Positions 48,032-57,007 of a DNA stretch of 64,000 nt are shown in pieces. A program made the position numbers and the translations under genes. How positions within the stretch are numbered: position 1 is the stretch's first letter; each line of letters starts with the position of its first letter. The stretch spans positions 602,193 through 666,192 of the forward strand of contig CAWDDT010000005.1 in the NCBI GenBank assembly GCA_963801165.1. The letters run 5' to 3'. This DNA comes from an uncultured bacterium (GTDB lineage: Bacteria > Actinomycetota > Acidimicrobiia > Spongiisociales > UBA5794). The notes under the pieces were generated by a model. The model saw only the letters and a list, made by a program, of their open reading frames with translations. It had not been told where the DNA came from and searched no databases.

Positions 48032-49693
48032 CTACGCCGCAACCCACTCCTTGACCATGCGGTCGAGCGTCGGCAGTGGGACCAGACCGGAGCACAGCAC
48101 CGTGTCGTGGAAGCCCTTGATGTCGAACCGGTCGCCCATCGTCGTCTCCGCTTCTTTGCGCATCCGGACGATCTCGAGCCGCCCGATCATGTACGCCAGA
48201 GCCTGGCCGGGCATACCTATGTAGCGGTCGATCTCAGGTTCGATCGTGCCCAGGTGGAGTGGCGAGTTGGCGGCCATGAAGTCGATGGCCTGCTGGCGTG
48301 TCCAGCCCTTGGCGTGGATGCCGGTGTCGACCACGAGGCGACCGGCCCGCAGCGAGTCGGCCGACAGCATGCCGACACGCTCCAGCGGCCCGCTGTAGAG
48401 ACCCATCTCGTCGGCGAGACGCTCGGTGTAGAGACCCCAGCCCTCGGCGTAGGCGGTGACCTGGGCGTGCTTGCGGAACTCAGGGATGTCGGTGAGCTCA
48501 CCCGAGATGGCGAGCTGGAGATGGTGACCGGGGATGCCCTCGTGATAGGCGATCGCCTCGATCTCGTACCGACCCCATGAGCCAGGGTCGCTGGTGTTGA
48601 CAAAGAACGTGCCCGGCCGTGACCCGTCGGTTGCGGGTGGGAAATAGAAAGCGGTCGGCCCTGAGGGGGTCTCCTGGACGAAGCAATCGGCCTGGGGGAG
48701 ACGCCCGAACCAGTCGCCCATGGCCGCCTTCGCCTTGGCCAATGCTGTTTCAGAAGCGGCCCGGACCTCCTCGCCGGTATCGAAGTGCAACTCTGGCTCG
48801 TCGCGGAGCCGGGCGTAGATCTCTTCCAAGTCCGACGTGCCGAGCACCCCGGCACCGAGCGCCCGGTACTCGTCGTCGAGCTTGCGGATCTGGGCGAGGC
48901 CGATCTCGTGGATCTCCTCTGCGGTCAAGTCGACCGTGGTGTTGCGCTTGATCGCCCGCCGATACCACTCGTCGCCCCCGGGGAGATGGCAGATGCCGGG
49001 TTTGTCCTCGCTCCTCGCCGCCGGGAGGACATGGTCGGCGATGTAGTCGCGGTACTCCTGAAGCGCCGGGTAGATGGTGGAGCCGACGATGGCGGCGAGC
49101 TCGCTCTTCCACACCGCGGTTTGCTCTTCGCCGTAGGCCTTGGGGCTGCGGATGTTGAGCAGGACGCTCTCCTCGGGGGCGGTCCCCAGATACCCGTCGA
49201 GCTGCTCAACGACCTTCTCGGCGGTGCTTACCATGGGGGTGCGGTCGCCCGCTACGCCGGAGCGCAACCGGTCGGTCATCTGGCGGAAGAACGTGGCGAA
49301 CTTCGGGTATTTGACCAGCATCGCCTCGGCGTGCTCCGGTTCGTCGATGGGAAGTTGAGGAAACAAGACCGGGAGCATCGCCTGGAACCCGATGGCGTGA
49401 TTCACCGCCAGCTCGGCCTCGCGCATCTCGAGCACATCGGCGTTGGTGGCGGCCTCGTGGATCATCACGTCCCGGGTGATCTTGTCGTCTGCAGAGAGAG
49501 TCGCCGGGTCGAACGCTGCGGCCTTGGCTGCGAATCCGCGTAGCTCGGCGATCCGGTCGTCCTCAGCCTCGAGGGAGGCGTCGTCCATCTCCTCGTCGTA
49601 GTCGTGGATGCCCAGCATCAATGCACCAATCGGCGACGAGGCTAGCTCGGCCTTCCAATACTCTTCCGCAAGGGCGCGCAGATCGGCGTTCAA
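48032..49693 (-). CDS. DUF885-family protein (paralogue of 38612-40288)
   Basis: HEGIPGHHLQ, EGWGLYTE, PGQALAY; RBS AAGGAGG with TTG start. Confidence 0.9.
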   Translation of the reverse strand: MNADLRALAEEYWKAELASSPIGALMLGIHDYDEEMDDASLEAEDDRIAELRGFAAKAAAFDPATLSADDKITRDVMIHEAATNADVLEMREAELAVNHAIGFQAMLPVLFPQLPIDEPEHAEAMLVKYPKFATFFRQMTDRLRSGVAGDRTPMVSTAEKVVEQLDGYLGTAPEESVLLNIRSPKAYGEEQTAVWKSELAAIVGSTIYPALQEYRDYIADHVLPAARSEDKPGICHLPGGDEWYRRAIKRNTTVDLTAEEIHEIGLAQIRKLDDEYRALGAGVLGTSDLEEIYARLRDEPELHFDTGEEVRAASETALAKAKAAMGDWFGRLPQADCFVQETPSGPTAFYFPPATDGSRPGTFFVNTSDPGSWGRYEIEAIAYHEGIPGHHLQLAISGELTDIPEFRKHAQVTAYAEGWGLYTERLADEMGLYSGPLERVGMLSADSLRAGRLVVDTGIHAKGWTRQQAIDFMAANSPLHLGTIEPEIDRYIGMPGQALAYMIGRLEIVRMRKEAETTMGDRFDIKGFHDTVLCSGLVPLPTLDRMVKEWVAA

Positions 49694-49780
49694 CTAGGGC
49701 CTCCTTGGAGTAGCGAGACACCCAGCTTATCGGCCCGGGCGATCGACAGTGGTGTCGGCACGGGTTCCTAGAGTGCGTCT

Positions 49781-50587
49781 ATGAGCACAAAGACGAGCTT
49801 CGCAGAGGCGAGCCGGACGGTAGGTGGCCCGGGACGATGGACGGCGCAGCTCGCCGAAGGGTGGGACATCTTTGGCATTACCAACGGCGGCTACCTGATG
49901 TCGATCGCCACCCGGGCGATGGCATCGGAGTCGGGCGGCCGGACGCTGATCGCGGCAACCGGCACCTATCTCAACCCGGCGACAGCGGGACAGGTTGACG
50001 TGACCGTGGATGTGTTGAAGATAGGGCGCACGTTGAGCACGCTGCGGGCCACTATGTCCCGTGACGGGACCGCCCTCGTGTACGTGTCGGGTGTCTTTGC
50101 CGCTCCGGTACGGCCTGTTTCCGACGCCAACCTCGTCCTGGGTGCTCCGCCCAAGCTTCCACCGCCCGAAGACTGCATTGCGGTCGTGCCGTCGGATACC
50201 GCTCCGCTTCCTCCCCCGTTCAGCGGCAAGGTCGATCTGCGGCTTCACCCCGACGACGCGGGGATGATCTTCGGGAATAGGGCTACCCATTCTCTGATGC
50301 GCGGCTGGTTCCGGCTCAAGGAAGACGAGCAGCTCGACGCCAATGCTGTCGTCCTCGCCGCTGACGCCTTCCCGCCGGCGATCTTCAACAGCGACCTCAC
50401 CCTTGGTTGGACCCCAACCGTCGAGCTGACAGTGCAGATTCGCAACCCTGCGCCATCTGGTTGGCTGGCCTGCCGCTACGCAACGAGATTCGTAACGGAC
50501 GGCATGCTGGAAGAGGACGGCGAGATCTGGGACGAGTCGGGCAATCCGGTGGCCCTTTCCCGACAGCTGGCCCTGGTGCCGCAGTAG
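49781..50587 (+). CDS. Double hot-dog thioesterase family protein
   Basis: NGGY, DAFPP, PTVELTV, SRQL. Confidence 0.85.
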   Translation: MSTKTSFAEASRTVGGPGRWTAQLAEGWDIFGITNGGYLMSIATRAMASESGGRTLIAATGTYLNPATAGQVDVTVDVLKIGRTLSTLRATMSRDGTALVYVSGVFAAPVRPVSDANLVLGAPPKLPPPEDCIAVVPSDTAPLPPPFSGKVDLRLHPDDAGMIFGNRATHSLMRGWFRLKEDEQLDANAVVLAADAFPPAIFNSDLTLGWTPTVELTVQIRNPAPSGWLACRYATRFVTDGMLEEDGEIWDESGNPVALSRQLALVPQ

Positions 50588-50738
50588 TCGCGCCGATCGC
50601 TGAAAGCGACCGGGAGTTGTCGACAACCAGGAGACGAGCCGGAACTCGTCCAACTCGGTAATCGGCGAGCGCGCCGCCCGCGAGATCTACCGGCACGGGT
50701 CCGCCGCCCCCCTTGTCTCGTCGCCGGCGGCATAATTC

Positions 50739-52199
50739 ATGAGTCGTTGGACTCCCAAGGAGAATGTTGTGGGAACGCGGGCGGATAGGCGAGGCATCGC
50801 TTCCGACGCTCTGATTCTGACGATCGCATGTGTCGCCCAGTTCATGGTCATTCTCGACGTGTCCATCGTCAACGTTGCCCTTCCGTCGATAGGCCGCGAG
50901 CTCCGCTACACCGCATCAGATCTGTCGTGGGTGATCAACGCATATGCGCTCACTTTCGCGGGGTTCTTGCTTCTTGGTGGACGAGCCGCCGATCTATTTG
51001 GACGCCGTCGCATCTACCTGTTCGGGCTGGGCCTGTTTACGTTCGCCAGCCTGGCGGGGGGCGTGGCGCAAAGCCCGGCGTGGTTGACTACTGCCCGCGC
51101 TGTGCAGGGCGTCGGCGGAGCCTTTCTGGCTCCGGCCAGCCTCACGATCATCGTGACCACGTTCTCGGAGCCACACCGGCGGACAAGGGCCATCGGGGTG
51201 TGGAGCGCGGTGGCAGGCGGCGGCGGCGCCGTCGGGTCGCTCCTCGGCGGTGTGCTCACGGCCGAACTTTCTTGGCGATGGGTGCTCTTTGTCAATGTGC
51301 CCATCGGTTTGGTCACCATCGGGGTTGCTGCAGCAAGTCTGACTGAGTTGCGCCGCCCAGATGGAGACGGCGACCGGCTACGTCTGGACGTGCCCGGTGC
51401 GATAACGGTTTCAGCCGGGTTGGCCGCCTTGGTCTATGCGATCATTGAAACAAGCACGCATCCGTGGCTGTCCGTACCCACGCTGTCGGCCCTGGCCGTC
51501 GCGCTGGTGTTGCTGCTTACCTTCGTTGCCGTCGAGCGTCGCTCGACGGCAACGCCTCTGCTCCCGTTCCGGTTGTTCCGATCGAGGGCGGTGACCGGCG
51601 CCAACGTCGTCGTGTTGTTGATAGGGGCCGCCTCCTTCTCGATGTGGTACTTCTTGACCCTCTACTTCCAACACGTCCTCGGCTACAGCGCGCTGCGCGC
51701 CGGTGTGGCCTTCACCCCTATGGCTCTCGCCATTGTGATCGGTGCTCAGACCAGCCCTCGCCTGCTCCCGAGAGTCGGCACGCGCCCTGTCTTGCGCGCG
51801 GGGACGTCGGGCCTCGCGGCCGGCTTCCTCTGGCTGGCCCAGATCTCCGAACACGGCTCGTACCTCGTCCACGTGCTCGGACCCGGCTGCGTCGTTGCCT
51901 TTGCTCTCGGCATACTCTTCACGCCACTAGCTTCGGTTGCCACCTCGAGCGTTGCGACTGACGAAGCGGGGCTCGCCTCCGGTGTTCTCAACACGGCGCG
52001 ACAGATGGGTGGATCGATCGGCCTCGCCGCCCTCGCCACTGCCGCCGTCGAACGCACCAACACCGCCACCGCCGCAGGCTCCACGATGGGCGCAGCCCTC
52101 ACCAGCGGATACGCCCACGCCTTCACCATCGCCGCGATGCTTGCCTTGGCCGGCTTGCTCGCGTCCATGCTCATACCCGACCAGGGATCTCGGGCATGA
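50739..52199 (+). CDS. DHA2 (EmrB/QacA) MFS efflux transporter
   Basis: LDVSIVNVALP, GGRAADLFGRRR, WRWVLFVNVPIG; about 14 TMs. Confidence 0.93.
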   Translation: MSRWTPKENVVGTRADRRGIASDALILTIACVAQFMVILDVSIVNVALPSIGRELRYTASDLSWVINAYALTFAGFLLLGGRAADLFGRRRIYLFGLGLFTFASLAGGVAQSPAWLTTARAVQGVGGAFLAPASLTIIVTTFSEPHRRTRAIGVWSAVAGGGGAVGSLLGGVLTAELSWRWVLFVNVPIGLVTIGVAAASLTELRRPDGDGDRLRLDVPGAITVSAGLAALVYAIIETSTHPWLSVPTLSALAVALVLLLTFVAVERRSTATPLLPFRLFRSRAVTGANVVVLLIGAASFSMWYFLTLYFQHVLGYSALRAGVAFTPMALAIVIGAQTSPRLLPRVGTRPVLRAGTSGLAAGFLWLAQISEHGSYLVHVLGPGCVVAFALGILFTPLASVATSSVATDEAGLASGVLNTARQMGGSIGLAALATAAVERTNTATAAGSTMGAALTSGYAHAFTIAAMLALAGLLASMLIPDQGSRA

Positions 52200-52396
52200 A
52201 GCCGAGTCCTCCGAGACGAGGCGCCTGTTGATCCCGTAGCGGAGGCGCCTGATGAGCTTGTACGACCGCTCGGAGCAAAGCAGAAGAGTATGGGGCGGCG
52301 GGCAAGAAGCTTCGGGGTGAAGCCGGGTGTCGCGACCTATCAGCAACCACCGCCTCCGACACGATCAGCTGGGTGACGGTCTTCTCAGCTCTGGAG

Positions 52397-52423
52397 GGTT
52401 TGAAGTGTTGCCAATGCGGGTAA
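52397..52423 (+). promoter_or_regulatory. SigF/SigB-type stress promoter GGTTT-N16-GGGTAA
   Basis: Matches the actinobacterial SigF consensus, 35 nt before the small ORF. Confidence 0.65.
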
Positions 52424-52457
52424 GAATCGGTGGCAAATACAAAGGAGATAAACAGAC

Positions 52458-52607
52458 ATGAACGTTGCGCTAATTCTTCTGATCCTGGCATTTCTCATCG
52501 GCGGCGTTGGCCTCTTCGTTGAGGCCCTACGCTGGATCCTGATCATCGCCCTCGTACTCCTCTTGCTTGGCGCGATCACCGGGTGGCGCGGGCGCAGCCG
52601 CATCTAG
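52458..52607 (+). CDS. 49-aa two-TM hydrophobic protein (below the ORF-track cutoff)
   Basis: RBS AAAGGAG; MNVALILLILAFLIGGVGLFVEALRWILIIALVLLLLGAITGWRGRSRI. Confidence 0.8.
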   Translation: MNVALILLILAFLIGGVGLFVEALRWILIIALVLLLLGAITGWRGRSRI

Positions 52608-53523
52608 CTGTCGCATACTGCCGCGAACGAAGCTGTATGGAGTCGATTGATTGGTCAGTTCGGCCGACGATCTGACCGATACGCATATACCGATGGTTGC
52701 CGATTCTGGTTCTAACTGGAAAAGCAACTCCGGCCCTGTGGAAAGCCGGTGCGCGTGCGGCTTGGCTCGGCTCCAAGGGCAGACTCCGGATAACAATCGA
52801 TCGTGCTCTGGCGACCCCGCCAAATCGGCGAATTGCACAGCAATTGAACGAGTCTCCCGCCGGAGCCGAGCGAGAGGCCGGGACGATCGAAGCCAGGTTT
52901 GCGTAGTCGTTGCGGCCACACGGGCGGGCCCGACGATCGTCCACTAGCTCCCTTTTGAAGCGTCCAAACCTGCGGAACGACCAGGGACTGTGTCAAAGAC
53001 TACTGAGACGTGAGTCAGGGCCAGCCACTTTGGGATCGTTGTGGCTGCAACTAGCTGTGGGTCCCGATCGCCCCGAGCGTCAGTCCGTAACTGTCGATTA
53101 CCACGCCGAAGACAAGTCCCAGGACACGACCGATCCCGGCTAGTCCGATAACCGCGAGGATCAAACAGCGTCCAATACGCCCGGCGCCAATAGCCATTCC
53201 AGCTTCCCCGATCAGCCCGGCATCGGCGGCCATGACGTCCGGGCTCCAATCCGGGAAATCGGTACCAGCAATCGCAAGCGGAGCGAGAAAACCTGCCAGA
53301 AAACCAACGGCCCATCACGAGATGCCTGCCAGAGAACGTCCCAGGAACGGATGAAGACTCATGACTACACGGCCTCCGGAGCACGTCGAGTCCGGCAAGG
53401 TTGTCTGTTGTCTCCGTTGTCTGTTTCGGATGGGGAATCGGCCCATGGGGTCGCGAGCGATGACTTGGTGCGAGGGACCGTTCCAATCCCAAGGTGTGAA
53501 TTCGAGTCTTCAGGGCCGAGTCG

Positions 53524-53572
53524 GGTTTGGATGGTGGTGTCTGCGGGTAGAAGACAGCGGGTAGAAGACAGC
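53524..53572 (+). promoter_or_regulatory. SigF/SigB-type promoter GGTTT-N16-GGGTAG with a 14-bp tandem duplication of the -10 region
   Basis: GCGGGTAGAAGACA twice at 53543-53570. Confidence 0.55.
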
Positions 53573-53785
53573 ACGATGGCACACAGACATCTGGTTGTTC
53601 GGGGCCTTGCCGCGAGACGGCGTAAGGGGCCATGGCCTTCTCGAGTGAGCTTGGTGACGCACACTCGACGAGTAGCGGTCGCACGGAGCATCTCATTGTG
53701 ATTGTGATTGTGTGTCGGAACCAATCTGAGGTTCGAACGTCGGAAGCAACGACCAAGACAGCAACTGTGTTGAGGAGATGGAGCC

Positions 53786-55606
53786 ATGTACACCGTCAGT
53801 GATTTCGTAATCGATCGTCTGATCGAGTGGGATCTACATAGGTTTTACGGGTACCCGGGCGATGGGATCGGGGGCTTCGATGGAGCTCTTGGCAGGGCAG
53901 AGGAGGACGGAAAGAACTTCCGCTACATCCGCCCGACTCATGAGGAGATGGCGTCGCTGATGGCAACCGCTCATGCCAAGTTCACAGGGGAGATTGGTGT
54001 GTGCATCGCGACATCGGGGCCCGGTGCAGTACACCTGATGAACGGCCTATATGACGCGAAATCTGACAACCAGCCTGTGGTTGCGATCGTCGGCCAGCAG
54101 GCCCGAGTCGCGATGGGTAGTGATTTCCAACAGGAACTCGACATGGAACGCCTGTTCGGCGATGTTGCAGAATACGTCAAGACAGTGACCACACCGATGC
54201 AGACACAACTAGTCGTCGACCGCGCGATTCGGATAGCCGGAGCGTCACGGAAGCCGACGGTGGTGATCCTCCCTGCTGATGTACAGAACCTCGAGATGGA
54301 GGAGCCGACCGTCGACCATTTTGTGTCGCGCACCGGTGTCGGTCACGCCTCGACACGGATATCGCCCCCCGACGGTGAACTGGCGCGTGCCGCTGCGGTG
54401 TTGAACGCTGGGGAGAAGGTTGTCATGCTTGTGGGTCAGGGTGCTCTTGATGCCACCGATGAGGTGCTCGCGGTGGCCGAGCGACTCGGTGCCGGCATCA
54501 TCACAGCGCTGCTCGGCAAAGGTGCGGTTCCTGGTGACGTGCCCTATCACACGCAACAACTCGGTCTACTCGGGTCACAGGCGTCCTGGGACATGATGCA
54601 GGATTGCGACACCTTGTTGATGGTTGGATCCAACTACCCGTATGGCGAGTTCATGCCTCCAAAGGGCAACGCGCGCGGTGTCCAAATCGACCTATTGCCT
54701 CGACACCTCAGTCTCCGCTACCCCATGGAAGTCAATTTGTGGGGTGATTCGAAGGCAACGCTTGCGGGCCTTCTCCCACACCTGGTCCAGACCGATGACC
54801 TCTCCTGGCAGGAGAAGGCCACGGAGGGAATGAAGAAGTGGGACTCAATCACGGAGAAGGCCGCACTGGTTGAGGCCAATCCAATCAACCCGCGTCTCGT
54901 CTTCCATCACCTCAACAAGCAGTTGCCGCCAAACGCGATTATCACCGCCGATGCGGGGAGTACAGCTGACTGGTATGGACACCACATCAGGCTCGGTCGC
55001 AACCAGATGGGAAATCTGTCGGGAAGCCTCGCGACAATGCTCGGCGCCATGCCGTACGCGATCGCCGCCAAGTTCGCTTACCCCGACCGTCCGGTCGTAT
55101 GCACGATCGGCGACGGAGCATTTCAAATGTTGGGGATGAATGGATTACTCACGGTCAAGCGCCACTGGGAGGAATGGACGAATCCTTCATTCGTCGTGAT
55201 GGTGCTGCATAACGGCGACCTCAATCAGGTCTCGTGGGAAATGCGAGAGGTGGGGGACCCACGCTGGGACACGGCTCAACTTGTCGAGGACATGAACTAT
55301 GCAAAGTATGCAGACGACCTCGGACTGAAAGGAATCCGCGTCGAGAATCCCGGCGACGTCGAATCTGCATGGAAGCAGGCTTTCTCCGCCGACCGTCCCG
55401 TCGTGCTCGACGTGCTGACCGACAAGAACGTGCCTCCGCTACCTGCCCATGTGACGTTCGAGCAGGCAAAGGGCGTCGCTGCAGCAATCTTCAGAGGCGA
55501 TCCCGACGCCCGTCAAGTCGTTGGAAACAGCGCTCGTGCTGTTGCCTCTCGGCTATTTGCACGGGTTGGTGATGTATTCGGACACGACGATGACGACGAC
55601 GAGTAG
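53786..55606 (+). CDS. Thiamine-diphosphate-dependent enzyme (pyruvate oxidase/dehydrogenase PoxB-like)
   Basis: GYPGDGI, HEE, TSGPG..H..NGLYDA, GDGAFQM...N; RBS GAGGAG. Confidence 0.9.
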   Translation: MYTVSDFVIDRLIEWDLHRFYGYPGDGIGGFDGALGRAEEDGKNFRYIRPTHEEMASLMATAHAKFTGEIGVCIATSGPGAVHLMNGLYDAKSDNQPVVAIVGQQARVAMGSDFQQELDMERLFGDVAEYVKTVTTPMQTQLVVDRAIRIAGASRKPTVVILPADVQNLEMEEPTVDHFVSRTGVGHASTRISPPDGELARAAAVLNAGEKVVMLVGQGALDATDEVLAVAERLGAGIITALLGKGAVPGDVPYHTQQLGLLGSQASWDMMQDCDTLLMVGSNYPYGEFMPPKGNARGVQIDLLPRHLSLRYPMEVNLWGDSKATLAGLLPHLVQTDDLSWQEKATEGMKKWDSITEKAALVEANPINPRLVFHHLNKQLPPNAIITADAGSTADWYGHHIRLGRNQMGNLSGSLATMLGAMPYAIAAKFAYPDRPVVCTIGDGAFQMLGMNGLLTVKRHWEEWTNPSFVVMVLHNGDLNQVSWEMREVGDPRWDTAQLVEDMNYAKYADDLGLKGIRVENPGDVESAWKQAFSADRPVVLDVLTDKNVPPLPAHVTFEQAKGVAAAIFRGDPDARQVVGNSARAVASRLFARVGDVFGHDDDDDE

Positions 55607-55823
55607 ACACGTCGCGACGGGTGACACGGCGACAGACCCCGTTCACGGGCCTGATGTCCCGATTGCCGTGGTGACCGGTGCCTCTGCGGGGATTGGTCGT
55701 GCGATTGCTGTGGCATTCGCAGACCCTGGTTTCGATGTCGCCTTGGTGGCAGCAGGCATAGCAATGGTCGGAGGCGCTGGTGGTGCGGGTTGGCTCGCAC
55801 GACGCAGGCGGTGTCAAAAATGA
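55590..55823 (+). pseudogene. Internally deleted short-chain dehydrogenase (N-terminal Rossmann motif fused to C-terminal tail)
   Basis: VVTGASAGIGRAIA..FA..GFDVAL then a hydrophobic/basic tail; only 77 aa; overlaps both neighbours. Confidence 0.7.
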
Positions 55824-56965
55824 AAGACTCGCTCACAACCGATTTCTCCGTCCCCGAGCCACCACGACGCTCCCGATCCGGGCAGAGTATCGATGGGGTC
55901 CACGTCGCCGCCTACACGGTGCCGACTGAGCAGCCAGAATCTGACGGCACATTGCAGTGGGACTCTACAACCATCATTGTTGTCGACGTCACCTGCGGAG
56001 CCACCACCGGGTTCGGGTACACCTATGCCGCACCGGCGGCAGCAAACATCGTCACGGACACGCTTGCTGATGTCGTCGTGGGACGTGACCCGATGTCGAT
56101 TGGTGAAGCGTGGGCAGCCATGGTGCACGCAATACGAAATTTCGGTCGGGCTGGCGTGGTCAGCTCGGCAATTTCAGCTGTTGATATTGCGATGTGGGAC
56201 CTGAAGGCCAAACTCCTTGAGTTGTCGGTCGCAGACACCATTGGTCGTATCCACGATGCGGTACCGATCTATGGCAGCGGCGGATTCACGAGCTTGAGCA
56301 ACACAGAGTTATCGGAACAACTCAACGGGTGGGCGGCACAGGGCCTTGGCGCCGTCAAGATGAAAGTCGGGCGGAACGCCACTGCCGACCCCGGTCGAGT
56401 GAAAATAGCCCGTGAAGCGATCGGCAACGGTGTCAACCTTTTCGTCGACGCCAACGGTGGGTACACACGCAAACAAGCCCTCGCGCTCGCAGATGCGTTC
56501 GAGGCTCACGGCGTGACATGGTTTGAGGAGCCCGTCAGTTCCGATGACCTTGCCGGGCTTCGCCTCATCCGGGACCGCGCTCCCGTGGGTATGGACATCA
56601 CTGCTGGTGAGTACGGCTATGACCTGCCGTATTTCCGTGACATGCTTGCTGCAGGTGCCGTCGACTGTCTTCAAGCTGACGTGACTCGATGTGGTGGTAT
56701 CACGGCGTTCTTGCGCGTGGCTGCACTCGCAGATGCCGAGTGTATCGATGTGTCCTCCCACTGTGCGCCTCAGGTAAGTGCGCATGCCTGTGCGGGTGTA
56801 TGGCATCTACGTCACCTCGAGTACTTCGCCGACCACATCCGACTCGAATCCATGCTCTTCGACGGGGTTCTCGAGCCAATCAACGGCACGCTCCACCCAG
56901 ATGCCCACCGGCCTGGTCTCGGCATCGAGTTCAAGCGATCCGACGCCGAACGTTTCCGACAATGA
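55820..56965 (+). CDS. Mandelate racemase/muconate lactonizing (enolase superfamily) enzyme
   Basis: DIAMWDLKAK, KMK, VDANG, WFEEP, AGE, PGLG. Confidence 0.9.
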   Translation: MKDSLTTDFSVPEPPRRSRSGQSIDGVHVAAYTVPTEQPESDGTLQWDSTTIIVVDVTCGATTGFGYTYAAPAAANIVTDTLADVVVGRDPMSIGEAWAAMVHAIRNFGRAGVVSSAISAVDIAMWDLKAKLLELSVADTIGRIHDAVPIYGSGGFTSLSNTELSEQLNGWAAQGLGAVKMKVGRNATADPGRVKIAREAIGNGVNLFVDANGGYTRKQALALADAFEAHGVTWFEEPVSSDDLAGLRLIRDRAPVGMDITAGEYGYDLPYFRDMLAAGAVDCLQADVTRCGGITAFLRVAALADAECIDVSSHCAPQVSAHACAGVWHLRHLEYFADHIRLESMLFDGVLEPINGTLHPDAHRPGLGIEFKRSDAERFRQ

Positions 56966-57007
56966 CGTTGAGCCAAACGGACCTCGAATCTTCGGAAAGG
57001 ATCACCC

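Noticed and set aside
52976-53300. IS256-like end (GGGACTGTGTCAAAG) and membrane-protein fragments
   Set aside because: Single short motif with no partner repeat or transposase; fragments too degraded to assign
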